Source of the DNA: Perna viridis
Taxonomy: Eukaryota
Direction of reading: 5' to 3'
Length of the DNA: 64,000 nucleotides
Assembly (NCBI GenBank): GCA_037379345.1
Contig: CM074513.1
Span: 26,412,001 to 26,476,000 of the forward strand
Shown: positions 23,701-37,539 of the stretch, piece after piece
How positions within the stretch are numbered: the first letter of the stretch is position 1
How the letters are laid out: each line of letters starts with the position of its first letter
Program-made: the position numbers and the translations under genes
Notes under the pieces: model-generated
Told to the model about the DNA's origin: nothing
Seen by the model: the letters and a program-made list of their open reading frames with translations, nothing else
Database searches by the model: none

Positions 23701-26700
23701 CAACTGCTTGTAAATAAACACTTAAAAGGATGTATTAACATGGGACGTCAAAACTTTTCTGAATGGGATACCATAACTAAACTCCATAAAAATATAAGAT
23801 AATGTATCAAGTCTGTAATTTTATGTGTGAAGTTAAATACATGTAGAATAAATTTTAAAATCCTCATCATCTATGTAATAATTTTTCTACAGGTCCTCAA
23901 CCAACTTACAGGGAGTGATGGCATGGAAAAGTTCAGAGAGCAGTTTGAAAAATTACACAAAGCTCTGAAAAAATCTCATGATGGAGAAAAAAGGTTGATG
24001 CAGAAATGCCGTGAACTGAATGCTGAAATTGTAGCCAATTCTGCCAAAGTAGCAACTGCTTTGAAACTATCTCAAGATGATCAGCATACTATTACAGAAC
24101 TCAAGAAGGTGACAAGATTGTTGGTTAATTATATACTCATTTAACAGTTAATTGCAATACTTCATTTAAGTTATGTTGATTATTATGAATGTGGAAACAA
24201 TTGAGATTAGTGAAAATTGAATAGTGTTTTTCACCACAACTCTTTTAATGATCGTTAATACTAAAGCATGTAGGAATTTTAAGCAATTAGTTTTCATAGA
24301 TACCATTATTTTGATTTCCTTCTGTAGGAATTGGATAGAGTATGGAAAATGGCGGATCAAGCAAATGAGAAAGAAACTAGGGCCAGGGAAACAATCCAAG
24401 ACTTAAGATTGGAAGTGATCAATCTGAGTAAGCTGGTGGAGCAAGGTGCTAATTTAACCATGGGACAAGAACATAGGTAATTCTGAATTACTTTAGATTG
24501 TGAATCAGGCAATAAGAACACACAAATTTTTTCTTGTATTTACAATTAATTACAAATATTCGGGCCAATTTTCTTATAAAATGCATAATGGTAACTATCA
24601 AGCCCTGTAATGGGCAGAATAGAAGTATACAGTATGGCTGATGCTTGGAAGTCAAAATGGAAAATATGCATATATTTATACTACACCCAAAAAACAGTTT
24701 CTAATATATGATGTTACTTGATACTATTTTTAAATTCATTTCACAGTGTCAATGGCTTACTGAAAATTAAAGAAGATTTAACTAAGGAGAGAGAGGAACA
24801 TTTGAAAGAAATAGCAAAGTTACAAGAAGCTTTAGAAAACTCTAGTGCTAGTCAATCTAAATTGGATGCTGAAAAAAGTAAACTGGATGAGAAAATACAA
24901 GAGGTAAATAAAACAAGTACTATCTTTAAAAAAGGATAGCCGACTCATATTCTAGCTTCGTTATTACAAAAATCTGATTAAGATTTTATTTGGTGAACTG
25001 GGGGATCACAGTACTATGTATTTTATTGGTTCATTAAGTAAACTATTTCCAATTATTCAATGTATAAAAGGTTATTCAGTTTATAAAAGTGATTGAAAAT
25101 ATTCTGTACAGCAATGCCCCAAATGGGCCTTAAATTTCACGGTTGCTATTACATTTGTCCAATGAAAGCTATATTGGTTAGGTTGTCATGGTTAAGCATC
25201 ATGAGTTTACTTAATGAACCAACCAGATTTAAATATGTATGTGTAAACTATATCAATTGTTTTATCAAAATATATTTTTTTTAGCTGACTCAAGACATCC
25301 AAATAAAAAATAATGATGCCCAGAGAGAGGCACGAAAGAAAGAAAAGATGGAAAGAGAGCTTAAACAAACAAAAGCAGAATTAGATGCAAAGAATACAGA
25401 GATCAAAACAATGAAAACCACAGCAGATAGAAACTCACAAGACTTATCAAAATTGGAATCACAGCTCAAAGAACAGAAGGTTTGTCTTTACTTAATATGT
25501 GATAATATTTACAAACTGTGTGCAACTGGCAGAGGAGAGTGTGACTAACCTTAGGAGCATACAATACCAGCTTGATAAAATCATGTCCACATTGTCAGGG
25601 GTCCAATTCCACCAGTAGCCTTGGAACCCCAGTCAAATAATGTCCAAATTATAATATCCAAGGCTGGAAAAAGATTTGGTCCTTGCATGTAAAACAGGTT
25701 TGATACTGGTTGCACTATATATAAGGTAAAGGCAGGAGTTATTGCATTTTTCTATTGTGAAAAATGGGAATGGATTGTTGTCACAATAGTTCAGACTCGT
25801 TATATATATCTTTAGCAATATTGAATCTAAATATTTTTTTCAATATCTTAAATACAAAGAATTTGCCTAAAGTGACAAAATTGCAATAATGTATGTTCAC
25901 AATTATTTCTGTATTTATATTAAAAATGTTCTTAATAAAGTGTAAGGGTGTAAGGTATACTTGCATAGTTTTTTACTTACCATATTTGATATTTATATAA
26001 ACCTTTTTTTAGGGCTCACATTTACCAATTTGTTATTTATTCATATTTTATTTGTTTTTATTTCCTTTTTTAACTTTTAAACGTGTCTGTTGTTCACAAT
26101 TTCATTCTTACCTATTTTTTTTCAGTTCCTTTTTTACCTTTTAAATGTGGCTATAGTTCACAAATTCATTATTCATACCTTTATAAATAGCTGATGTCTG
26201 AAAGAGCTATTAAAGATGCTGACATGCAGACCACAAGATTACAGAAGCTGCAACAGGATTATGAAAACCAATTACAAAACTTTGAACAGCTGAATTCTGA
26301 ATTCCAGTCAAGACAAACTGAACTCAAGGTGTGACCATTAGTGAAATTTTAGTTTGTTTGTTGTTTTTTTTTTTTTTTTTTGCAGAAAGGTTAAGATATG
26401 TTAAAATGTATTGTAATTATGATTAATTGGAAATTGAATTTTGCTATTTTAACCATGAACCATTGATTAATAAAAATTCATAATTTTCTGTGGATACTGG
26501 AAAACAGAAAACATTCTTGATACAGTACAACTGTAACAATGGAGGTTTCTTTCAGCCACATATAAGAAAAGATGAATCATTTTGAGAAAGTGGTTTTAAA
26601 AGAGATATTTACTCTTCATAATGTTGTTAGGTAAAGGGGGATAACTCAACTACAAAAAGTAATTTACTCAGTTTAATATGGCTACAATATAATCTATATA

Positions 26701-29700
26701 TTGTGGACTCATGAAAATTGAGCTTGACATTTTTTTTTAGATTTTCATTAAATATAGGAACAAGCCTAGTAAAAAAAGAAGATAAATATAATGAATTAAG
26801 TCCACAAAGAGTTGAAAGCATATTCTATATAGTTCTATCTTCAGTCATAATTTCAGTTTAACTAACTTCAATTTTACAGCAAAAAGATGATGAGATCAAC
26901 CAACTGAAGAAAGAGACAACAAGATTGAACAAAGTAAGGGAGACAATCCAGCGAAGACTCAGACAGGTTGAAGATTTGAAAGGAGAAGTAGAACAACAGA
27001 AAGAAACACTAAAAAGTCAGAACTTAGCTTTGGAAAGAGGTTAGTGTGATGAAATATGTATGTGATAAGAAGAATTAAAACAATTAATATTTCTTTTCAT
27101 TTGCTTGTTGGTTTTTTAACAATAAAAACCATTCTGCTGTTTACTGAAAAAGAAATGTTTGTCCAATACCTGTCAAAGATATCAGTGATCAATGAATTTT
27201 TCACATTCTATCATTGGGACCCTATCCATTTCTTATGAATAATGTGAGACTGTATTGATTCACTATTAGATGAATAAAAAATCTACATTGATTAATTATT
27301 AAATCTGTTCAAATTTTTTATCGATTGAAATTCTGTTCCTGAATGTAGTAAATTATGTTTTATTCAAATTACTTTTTTTCTAAACAGACCTTGATGCTAC
27401 CATAAAGAAGGTTGATGGTGGAAAGAAAGAAAATCAAGACATTCAGAAGAAATTTGAGACAGAGAAAAAGGTAGCTCACATGTATATACATTTGGCCAAA
27501 AGAATGTATTGCTCGTAACATTAGGATTCATATAATAAATGAAAAAAAAAACATTTGTATGTGAAATTTCATTATACATGACCTGTTTATGCACCATCAA
27601 ATCAGTTTTCTTTGCTAGAATTTTTGATCGACAACATATTTGTCCAGTGTAGCAGACATGTTTTTCAATAGACTGTCAGCATTCCAATGGGGAAAAATGT
27701 TCTCTGCTACTCAGTGACCCATTTCTTTACTCTTATGAGGTAGACTTTAAAGCTGATTTGATAAAAAAGCAGGAACATGGTTCAGCCAGATCCTTTGATC
27801 TCATTTTCCCCTATATAGATGATGTATTGTCTTTAAATAGTCCCAGTTTCAGATATTTTATACCCCAAAGTACTTTAGATAAAGGACACTACAGACAGTA
27901 TGAAGTCAGCTTCATATCTTGACCTACTTTAAGAGATCAATAGAAAAGGAAAACTCATGACTAAACTATACAACAAACATGATGACATCTCAATCAGTAT
28001 TGTCAGGTTTTTTTTTATCCACCTGATCGACTTTCTCTGGTATATAAAGATATACATGTAGTAGTTACGTATTTGGCTTTGTCATTGTGAGGCATATTTT
28101 GTCAAGAAATGTTGACATGTTGAAATTTTATTCCTCCTTTTCAAGCATTTACTCCATTTAGATAGTAAATGACATTTTTGTGTATTTTACAGTCATCAGA
28201 GAAAATGAAGAATGAGTTTCAGAAAAGGTTTGAAGAAATGGCTGCTGATATTAACAAGTTCAAAAAAGCAGAGTCTGATATTGAAAACTACAAAGATGAA
28301 GCTCAGAAACAAAGAAAGATCATTTACCAGCTTGAGAAAGAAAGAGACAGGTACATCAATGAAGCCAGTGATCTCACTCAGAAGGTAAGTTTTGTAGTTT
28401 TCTACAGTGTTACAAGAAAAAAACTAATTTCTGCATATTTCATGATACATATTTGTATAGTTATATAATATATATCCTTATAGGATGTCATTTTTATGTT
28501 TTCTATCAGAATTTTAATACAGAGTTACTTTTGTTTGAAAAAGTACATTGTTTTGAATAAAACTGTAAAAGTTTACAATATATGAGTGCATTTATAAGTT
28601 TAAGGTAAAAGGGAGATAACTTATTTTTTCATAAGAATTCTGGTAATAAATTCCTAAACATACATAGAAGAGTTTATTTGTAAGACATGAATTAAGTCTC
28701 TAGACTTGTACATTGATGAAAACTCGCAATCACTGTCCATAAAAATTTATAAAAAATTGTTCTGATTATCTCCCTGTATGTGTAGGTTTTGGAACACATG
28801 GAGTTGGTAAAGACAAAGGAAATGAAGATTTTTGAGTACAAGAAGAAAATTGCTGAAGCAGAGACTAGATTAAGACAACAACAGAACTTGTACGAGGCTG
28901 TCAGAAGTGATCGTAACTTGTACAGCAAAAACTTGATTGAATCACAGGTGAGTTGATTTTCTAAAATAAATTGTGTATCTTTCTCACAACAGTATAGAAA
29001 GGTTAAATATGGAATTTGTGAAATGACTTTTAGCCTATAATATCTCACTTTTACATGAATAATTGTCCAAGTAACTGGCATGCACAACTTAACTGGATGT
29101 TTGAAGGATCTCACATTTAACAATTTAAAAGTCTCAAGCCCACAAGAGCAATAGTGATATTGCAATGGGTTAATCTGATTAAGTATAATACTGTGGCCTT
29201 ATAAAACATTTTTTTTTGGTCCTTAGACTGTCTCCTTCAATTTAATAGGGCACTTCTAATTAATAATGTAAATTGTAAAAAAAAATAATTTATAGGGAGT
29301 ACAATTTTTTTAAAATACATCCTTCTTTCACTGTTTTCAATAAATAATTACTAAGAACAAAGTAAATGATTTTAATACCGAAGTCAAAATTATTAAGAAT
29401 CATTTTACATCTTTATTATCAAATAGAATAAGGATATACTTTGAAGTGATTTCTTGAATATAAATTTGTTTCTGACTACAGGATGAAATTACTGAGATGA
29501 AGAAGAAACTGAAAAACATGAACCATTTGATAGATCAACTGAAAGAAGATATCCAGAACAAAGAAAATGCAATAGTCCAAGCTGCAATCAATGCCAAGAA
29601 ACTGGAGAAAGACAAAGACATCCTGAAATCTGATAGGGACAAGAGTAGACAACAAGTCTTGGAAAGCAAGGATGTCATCAACAACCAAGCTGCTGAAGAG

Positions 29701-31672
29701 AAGAAACTGTTGAAAATCATTGCTGAGGCCGATGCTGAAAGAGTCCGTCAGAAGAAAGAATTAGAACAGGTGATCAGTGAAAGAGATATTCTTGGTACAC
29801 AACTTGTGAGGCGTAATGATGAGTTGGCCCTGCTTTATGAAAAGATCAAGATTCAGCAGTCTACCCTAAACAAGGGAGAAATTCAGTACAATCAGCGTCT
29901 GGAAGATATTAGAGTTCTGAAACTGGAGATCAGAAAATTGAGAAGAGCTAATAATATCCTTAACAAGAGTGTGGCTAATGTTGGAGATCTCAGGTAAGAG
30001 CTGATGTTAATAAACAGTTGTTTTTAAATAAAAAGGAATCCCTGAACCCCTTTTTGTTGCTTTAAGTCCATAATTCTAAAACAAAAATCCAAAATGAACC
30101 TCTTCAAGTGTGGACAAACATTATTCTAAAAATTCATACAAATCCATTGAAGCTTTGTTGAATTATCATATGTTTTTATGTTTTCTTTTTCTTTTCTTTA
30201 AAAATGCATCTGAATTAATAATTATTTTTTGGTTTTTAGGCGTGAAGTGTACCATATCCAGAGAGAGCTGCTGAGAGAAAGGACTAGATGTAAAGCATTG
30301 GAAGAAGAATTAGAAAACCCAATGAACATTCACAGATGGAGGAAACTGGAGGTAATTTTGAAAAATGAAAAACAAACATTAATATTTAAGAAAATTGAAG
30401 AAAACACCTCTTGTCAATTTTATTTACAGTTTTGATATAACCCTTCTGGTCCCAGTTTTTCAACTTGTTAACCAAAAGATAATGTGTATGAAATTTCTTT
30501 ATCTATTTTATAAAAAAAATAGGTGCAGTAATTAATCATAAAACAATAAACTTATATTTTAAAATTTTACAGGGTAGTGACCCAAGCCAGTACGAGATGA
30601 TCCAGAAGATCCACACTCTCCAGAAACGTCTCATCTCCAAGACAGAGGAAGTAGTGGAAAAGGAGCTACTTATCCAGGAGAAAGAGAAATTATATTTAGA
30701 ACTAAAACACATCCTGGCCAGACAACCAGGGCCTGAAGTTGGAGAACAGCTACAGATATACCAACAAACACTCAAGGAAAAAACCAAACAGATGAAGGTA
30801 GAATATATTACATACGATGTCCGTTTGTTGACTTTTGTTTGTACAGAATTTGTAAATGATGGCATCAAAAAGTATTATAGAATGCCTTTCCTTGTTTGAC
30901 TTCAATTACAGATATTTATCTCTCACTGGATTCTTGTTACAAGATTGAAGTAATAACTTATTTTCTCATATTCATCATTTTTTCTTCACTTCTTAAGCAA
31001 TGGTTTTTTTACGTTATTTTCAGTCCATGGCATCCGAACTGAACATGTATGAGTCCCAGGTCAGTGAATACAAGTATGAGATAGAGAGAATAGCCAGGGA
31101 ACTTCAAGAAGTCAAAAAGAAATATTTCGTCCAGAAAAAGAAAGAACAACAAACAAAGTATGTATTTGTATTGAAATAATATGTGTGATTTCATATACAA
31201 ACAATTATTTTGTATTTTATATAAGTACAAGTTTCCAAAATTGAGAAATGAAAGCAGTATAATATTGTGTTAAATTTTTAAAGTCTATATAGTTTGTTAT
31301 TGACAAGATTTCTTTCAATTTCACCTTAAAACAAAAAAAGTTTTACATACCCATAAATTTCAAGCAGAAATCTAAAAAATAAAAAAATAGCAAAATCTTA
31401 ATGATATTGCAACATTAACTGATATAACTGATTTTAATTACCATCAAACTTGCAACAACATAAGATGAATAAATAATACTTCTGGAGAAAAGAGTTTCAC
31501 AAAAAATCTGTTGCTTTTATAATTTGCAAAGCATGGTGTTATTCTGTTTTTCAGGGAAAGAGAGCGGACCCTAGCACAAGCAGGAGCACCAGTTATACAG
31601 CCTCAACGTACAGATGGGCCACGGTTCACTGGAGGGGGCTTTAACTTAAAGTCATCGAAAGGGGCAGCATAG
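20779..31672 (+). CDS. CFAP58: Cilia- and flagella-associated protein 58 (CCDC147), conserved copy, 16 exons, about 875 aa
   Basis: Exons: 20779-20787, 23482-23547, 23893-24108, 24328-24476, 24747-24903, 25285-25479, 26191-26328, 26880-27039, 27388-27470, 28193-28384, 28786-28947, 29482-29993, 30240-30351, 30573-30797, 31024-31157, 31555-31672. Sum 2628 nt. N-terminus MAEEKGGK..SAFE, plus ERDILGTQLVRRNDELALLYEKIKIQQS, HRWRKLE and C-terminal GPRFTGGGF. AATAAA at 31958 and 32112. Confidence 0.96.
21065..21872. mobile_element. Non-autonomous DNA transposon with long imperfect TIRs (possibly Mutator-like)
   Basis: Left end GGTATGGTCTAAAATGT...ACCAACTTTTCCCCATATCCAAATA is the inverse of right end TATTTGGGTATGGGGAAAAGTTGGT...ACATTTTAGACCGTACC. 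Flanks GAGTTTAA and GAGATTAA resemble an imperfect TSD. Confidence 0.75.
21881..22602. mobile_element. piggyBac-type non-autonomous element with TTAA TSD
   Basis: TTAA|TCCTCTAGCTGCCAG ... CTGGCAGCAAGGGGG|TTAA. The 15-bp TIR matches at 12/15 positions; TTAA at 21877-21880 and 22603-22606. Confidence 0.7.
27600..28010 (+). mobile_element. Decayed Penelope-like element reverse transcriptase fragment in a CFAP58 intron
   Basis: Translates with stops and frameshifts to EFLIDNIFVQ...IPMG...FLYSYE...YIDDVLSLN...IKDTTDS..SASYLDL...TKLYNKHDD (RT motifs B, C, D, E). Confidence 0.85.
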
Positions 31673-34600
31673 CAAAGGCTCAATTTAGAAGACAAACATT
31701 TTCAAATTTAAGAAGTTTATATTCCTTTCCAAATACTTCCATACTAAGAACTTTTTCTTAAATTCTCTCCATTCAGTTTAATTTAATTTGTTTTGGAATT
31801 TCCAAGTGCTTTGATATTAAAGCTTAGATTTTGTTCTTTTTTGTACTTTGTTATATCTGTATATTTCAGGCCTGTAAAGGCTCATGGAAATCATGCAAGA
31901 CTCGTACAGTTCCAAGCAAAGTTCTTGCAAATGCTTGAGCCTCTGGCAAAAGAAAACAATAAAAATTCCATTCATCTATTTATTTTTCCATTTGATCTTA
32001 CTATAAATCTATAATTCCCCCAAAATTCGCACATGTAATTGTTGGAACTTTAGAGCCCTGACATTTATAATGAAACAACATTGATTTGGAACTACAAGTC
32101 TTGTGGATGCGAATAAAGAGTAATTTATTGAAAATTTTTATCAATGACCATATTAAATGTGTTGTTTGTAGGAAACATTTATGTAAATCAACTCCTTTAC
32201 ACCTGTATCTGTGATATTTTAACTATTAAACTATTCTTTGTTTACTATTTTTTTTTCATTTCAAACCTGTATGACCATGTATATGCCCCACTGGACCAGT
32301 TCTATCACAAATGAAGTTTTTTATCACAGTTACCAGTTCTATTGGCTTGTAACATACATTTGTAGGTGGCTTGGATGCATATATAATTTCTCCTGATACT
32401 TTTTACAGGCTATTAGTTTTATTCCTGGGTGATGAATGGGACAAAGTATACCATTAACGTATCAATTCTGCTGCTCTACTAGAGTTTAGGTTAAGTTCAG
32501 TTATACATGTAATCTTGTTCCCCCTTTTTGGGGGGTTTAATTGTACTTTTTGGTGTCACTCTCATATGATATGGTATCTTGTATGATTATGTTTATCAAT
32601 AGGATTTGTCATTTATTGCAAATCATGACAATCAAGTGAAACATCTCTTGTAACTTTGGTCAGGATTTCATTGAAGAGGTTTTTGTGGCATGAGGTGTCT
32701 GCATATCTCTATTTTACTAAAATAAATTAATACAACTTACCTAACTCTGGTACTTGATCAATACTGCATGTCTGACAAATCTAATAAGCTCTATTTTTTT
32801 TGTGACCAAGTGAATCTGCCCAAAGTTTATGATGCCACCTGGTACTATACCACATCCCATTTCATAAACAAACTATAGTATGCAGACATGAAACCTATGG
32901 AAGAGAATATGTGATATCAATGTAAAAAAATGGGAGAAAAAATTCTGCATATGTTTATTCAAAATTCCACATTTAAATGAAAATAATGTGAGCAATTAAT
33001 ATTGATTTTGCAGAACGCTTACATCATTTCGGTACTTCAGGAGGAAAGAATCATATTAAAAAAAAATATGTACTTATCAAAGTAAATGTTTGTATCTTTC
33101 AAACTCCTCTATCAGATATATATATTTGTGATAATATTTAAATACCCCTGTCTATTGGGATGGAACTAATAGAAATATCTTTGACACACCATATGCTATC
33201 GCCTATTTATGGTATATATATTAAATATTGTCAGTGTCTATCCGTCTACCCCTGTAGAAATTCATCAGACTCCGTCCATCCACTTTAGAACGTCTACCCA
33301 TACAATGGATTTATTGTCTCCTACCATTTGCAGTCGATAAGCTGGCGATTCTGGTCTTTGCACGACGGAATAACATTAAAACCATAATATATTTTTATGC
33401 CCCCCCGCAACTAAAAGTTTATTCATAAAAAGGGGAGAGGGTTTAATGATTTTGCACAACAATTCAAAAATGCTTGCATGTATTAAAATGAAACTTAAGG
33501 GAAGTTTTTGTATCTATGGTGGGAAGCTCCCTTTCATTTTTTGAATAATTCATTTTTTTCTTATTTGAAAACACCTGCAACAAATTGCGTCATACGTCAG
33601 AATTTTCGCGATGGTATTTGATACAATATAAATACTTTTTTTAAGGTATACATCGTTTAAAAATATTTTCATCTACATATTATGTGTTCCTCTTCATGCA
33701 CATGCATATATGATTATGAAGGATTTATAGAAAACTCAGTATAAATTTGTTTATTTATTGCGTTGCCCAAGTGTCAACAGACATACCTTTCATGTGCGGG
33801 CGCATCATCTGTGTCGTTTCTAGGATAGTCCTACTTGAGTGTTTTAACAGTCGGGTTTAATTAGAGTGCGGGGCATCACTTTGTCCAGTTTATGCAATAC
33901 ATTTACTTTATTTTTAAGTCAACGTATTTTCATTATTCATTTCTTACTCTCTAGGAAATTTAAGAGGTTGCTCCAATAAATGTATTAATTTATACAAATA
34001 CATAAAATTTTTGACACAATTACTCGTAAATGTGCCGAATTTAAACAGCATTTGCGTAAAATGTATTTGATAGATTTATTTCTCAGTGGGTTAAGGCTCT
34101 TAAACGCATCTGATAACGTGTTCAATATGGATTTGCGTCAGTTTTTAATATAAATAACGAGAAAAGGTCATTTAAAAAATCAACTGTGTGCATTTTTATC
34201 TCATTTCTTTAGAAAATTATGGTATAAGACATTGCGTGGACTAATAACTAACATTTGCTTATAAATTGAAGTTGTTTCCCTTCCAAAGTATAAGTTAAGT
34301 TAACATTTTAGGGTCAAATTTAAACGATTACAATATTTTGAGTACTTTTATCCAAGAAAAGTATCTTCAAACGCTTCGTAAGCTTGAATTTACAACGACT
34401 TGACTTAGAACCGCGTTAAATGTTCTCAAGGATTTAAACATAGCATTCCAGCTGAATTTGTCAATGAGAGATAATATTTTCTGTTTGTTATTATATTTTA
34501 AAATTGATGGAATGAGAAATCGCCATCAATTTATCAGTTGTTAGTTTACATTGCCTGAGGTAAAACAGTTTGTAGCTTAATCTGGAATTATCTGCGTAAT

Positions 34601-37539
34601 TCAAAAATAAACATATTGTAGAGCAGTGAGATCTATATGTACACAATGAATTTTCTAAAGTATTTGACTAATAGCTGGCCGTAGCGGTAATGAGGTCTCC
34701 TGGTTCGTCTTAGGTTGTAATCTGGTCTTCAGATAAAGCTTCATCCTGCTGTGCAATAATATCAACTAGTCAAAATCCTGCAAATTCATCTTTTCTAAAG
34801 GCGTTTCATTTTTTTTTCAAGAAGTATATAGATTAGGAATTAGATCTTAAGCAAATCTGTTCAAGTTTTATTCTAATATCATTTTCGTTGTAGTAAACTT
34901 CACAAGTTACCCACGATTTACTGCACGTTTACATGCCAATGTTGTCCTTTTGCCTACAGGCAACATATAAGGACAATGCTTTTTATTTTCCGTTTTGCTG
35001 ATCATAGAACTTTTCACTTTTCATATTCGCTTTGCTGACCATTTCTCATATTTGTTTATATTCACATATACATTCAGTCGTTTAGACCAAAATAAAGGTT
35101 TTAAAAAAATGAAATACGTATTGCAACGTGTGATGCAAAAAGTCTATATATGCTAAAAACGTAAACGATTTATGCACTGTCACCGTGAATATAATTGATT
35201 AAGTCTTAATATGACAATTTTGTTAACACATTTTCATATTCTTTATAAAACCCTGTATCCAGCTGTTTCTCGTGTGTTATAAATTGACTCAAGAATCCTC
35301 ATGTCTTACTTTGGATTAACTTAATCTGGGTCTATCATACTACCCCGTCCCTCTGCTGTTATGGCGGATGACCTTTAACCTCCAATAATTCCTTGATATC
35401 GAGTTCCATGTTTGTTGATACAGTCATGCTGATAAAGCCCTTATATTCCGACCCTTTCACAGCTCAAAGGGAGGACTTACTATGTCTAATGATATTTAAA
35501 TCATGAATCATAGTCTCGATTTAGGTTCTCCTTGAAATCACCGAAGAAATCGATCATTCATTTTGTAAGAGTTATTGAAACATGATCCAAATTTCTTTGT
35601 ACCGAAAAAAACTGTCAAAAACAGAATGGAAAAAACTAAGAATTATAACAAAGTGTGCAACTGTGTCCCTGTCCAGAGGAACCAGTTTAACTTGCATTTT
35701 TCCCTCTAACCTTTCTCGGTTTTACATTTTTGTTGGTACCAGTTTAAGATTAAAACCATGAATCCTTGACTTTAATTGAAAGTATATGTCTTATGTGGCG
35801 AGAAACTAAATTGCATGTTCGAATGGGGATCTTTCACATTTCTCATCATTATCATATTCCACTTAAAGAACACAGTAAACGCAGAATGATCTATAAATTA
35901 CCATTTTGTGCCTGCTGCAGCCAAGACGACACAGTTCCAATCATTAATCACCGCAAAAGATTGAGTGCGAATTATGATATTCAAGACTTCCTACGCCACA
36001 CCAAGTCAGTACGACTGATCAATTGGGCATTGAATATAAGCAATGAAAACCCTAGAACATCGCTGGGACTAATTGCATTTTTTTTTTATAATGCTTTACT
36101 TTAAATAACAAATAATGCGAACAATTCAAAAAAAGACAAAAGAAATGCCAATCATTCGTCAGTATGAGTTTGCTTTGTATATTTGATATTTATTAGCTTA
36201 TCTTACAAAATACGGATTAAGGTGTTACAATTAGCACTAGTTGATCTGAGTAATATCAGAAAATCATATTTCATTAAGTCTGCACCTTGTAAACACGTTT
36301 CTAACTGCATTTTATCTTATTTCATGACTTTCGAGTTCCATTTACCTGAGGCTTCAGAAAATTTATTGTTTACATCTGGTGTTGTACCACCATAGAATGG
36401 AAATTAAGAGTTTCCAAATTAAACACTGTTTACCCACCGAAGGTGCACTGTTTTGAGTCAACACTCAACCTTAATGATTATTTCTGATAATTCTTATTAA
36501 TTGTTACGATTGCCTTTAATATAATTGATAAATCAATGGTAAAGGACAATATTGCCGGAAACATCTTATCTATGAGAGCTAAAGGTTGTTAACGGTAGCC
36601 GTCCATATGACGGCGTTCTCACATATACTTATCATGAAATAGACACTTTCAGGTACTTAATTGTAAATTATCTAACTAGTGAAATCGTAATTTTTCTTCA
36701 ATTGGTCATTAAGTTCATGCTGTGATTTTTATATTGCAATTTATAATATCATTATTAGAAGAAACAAATATCTCCCTTATTGCAAAATGTAAACCACAAA
36801 AATATACTTAAATGTTATGGAATAAATTACACGTACTTTAATTTGTTTGTTTGTTTCTGTATCGACTTTGTTTGTTTTTTATCTTTTATTTCTTTTTATT
36901 GGATGTTTGTTATTATTTTTTTTCTTTTTGTTGTGAAGGTGATGCTATCTAAAACTTTTGTCTTCTTTTGTTTACAATTTTTCTTTTCTCATCTTTGTAT
37001 TCAAAATTTGTGGTCCATTTTCGCACGTAAAAATAAAAGATGCTACTAATAAACATTTAACATTTCAAATTATATATTTTATATACGAAGCATAGAAACA
37101 AGCAACAATCTGTGTCCAATACCTTAACTCACATTTTGCAATTTTTACTCTGAATTTCATTCGCTTTAGCAAAATTTCTGTTTGACAACAATATAATTAA
37201 ACGAGTTGCATAAATCTGCTTATATGATATCATGACATTTCTTGTCATATATGCCTGGTTTTGTTTTGTTTTTTTTTTTTTTTTGGAATATTTTTTCTTA
37301 GTTCGTTTCCGTAAAATATCTCAATTAAAAGCTGAAATAAGGGACAATCGAGAAAATAAATAAAATGTTCTACACAAACTGAAATTATGGTTTTGTGAAA
37401 TGATGATGATGTGTTTATAGATGTTTTGTTTTATTCTTTTATTAAATTAAACAATAAAAAAATAGTCTAAAACAACTATCGTGTTTACATGTCATTAAAA
37501 CAGTACAAACAAGCAATCCTGTACTGTTTCTATTACCTC

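Noticed and set aside
8628-31672. CFAP58 pair as a haplotype duplication artefact or pseudogene
   Set aside because: Proteins and introns are far too divergent for alleles, and both spliced frames are open with canonical splice sites.
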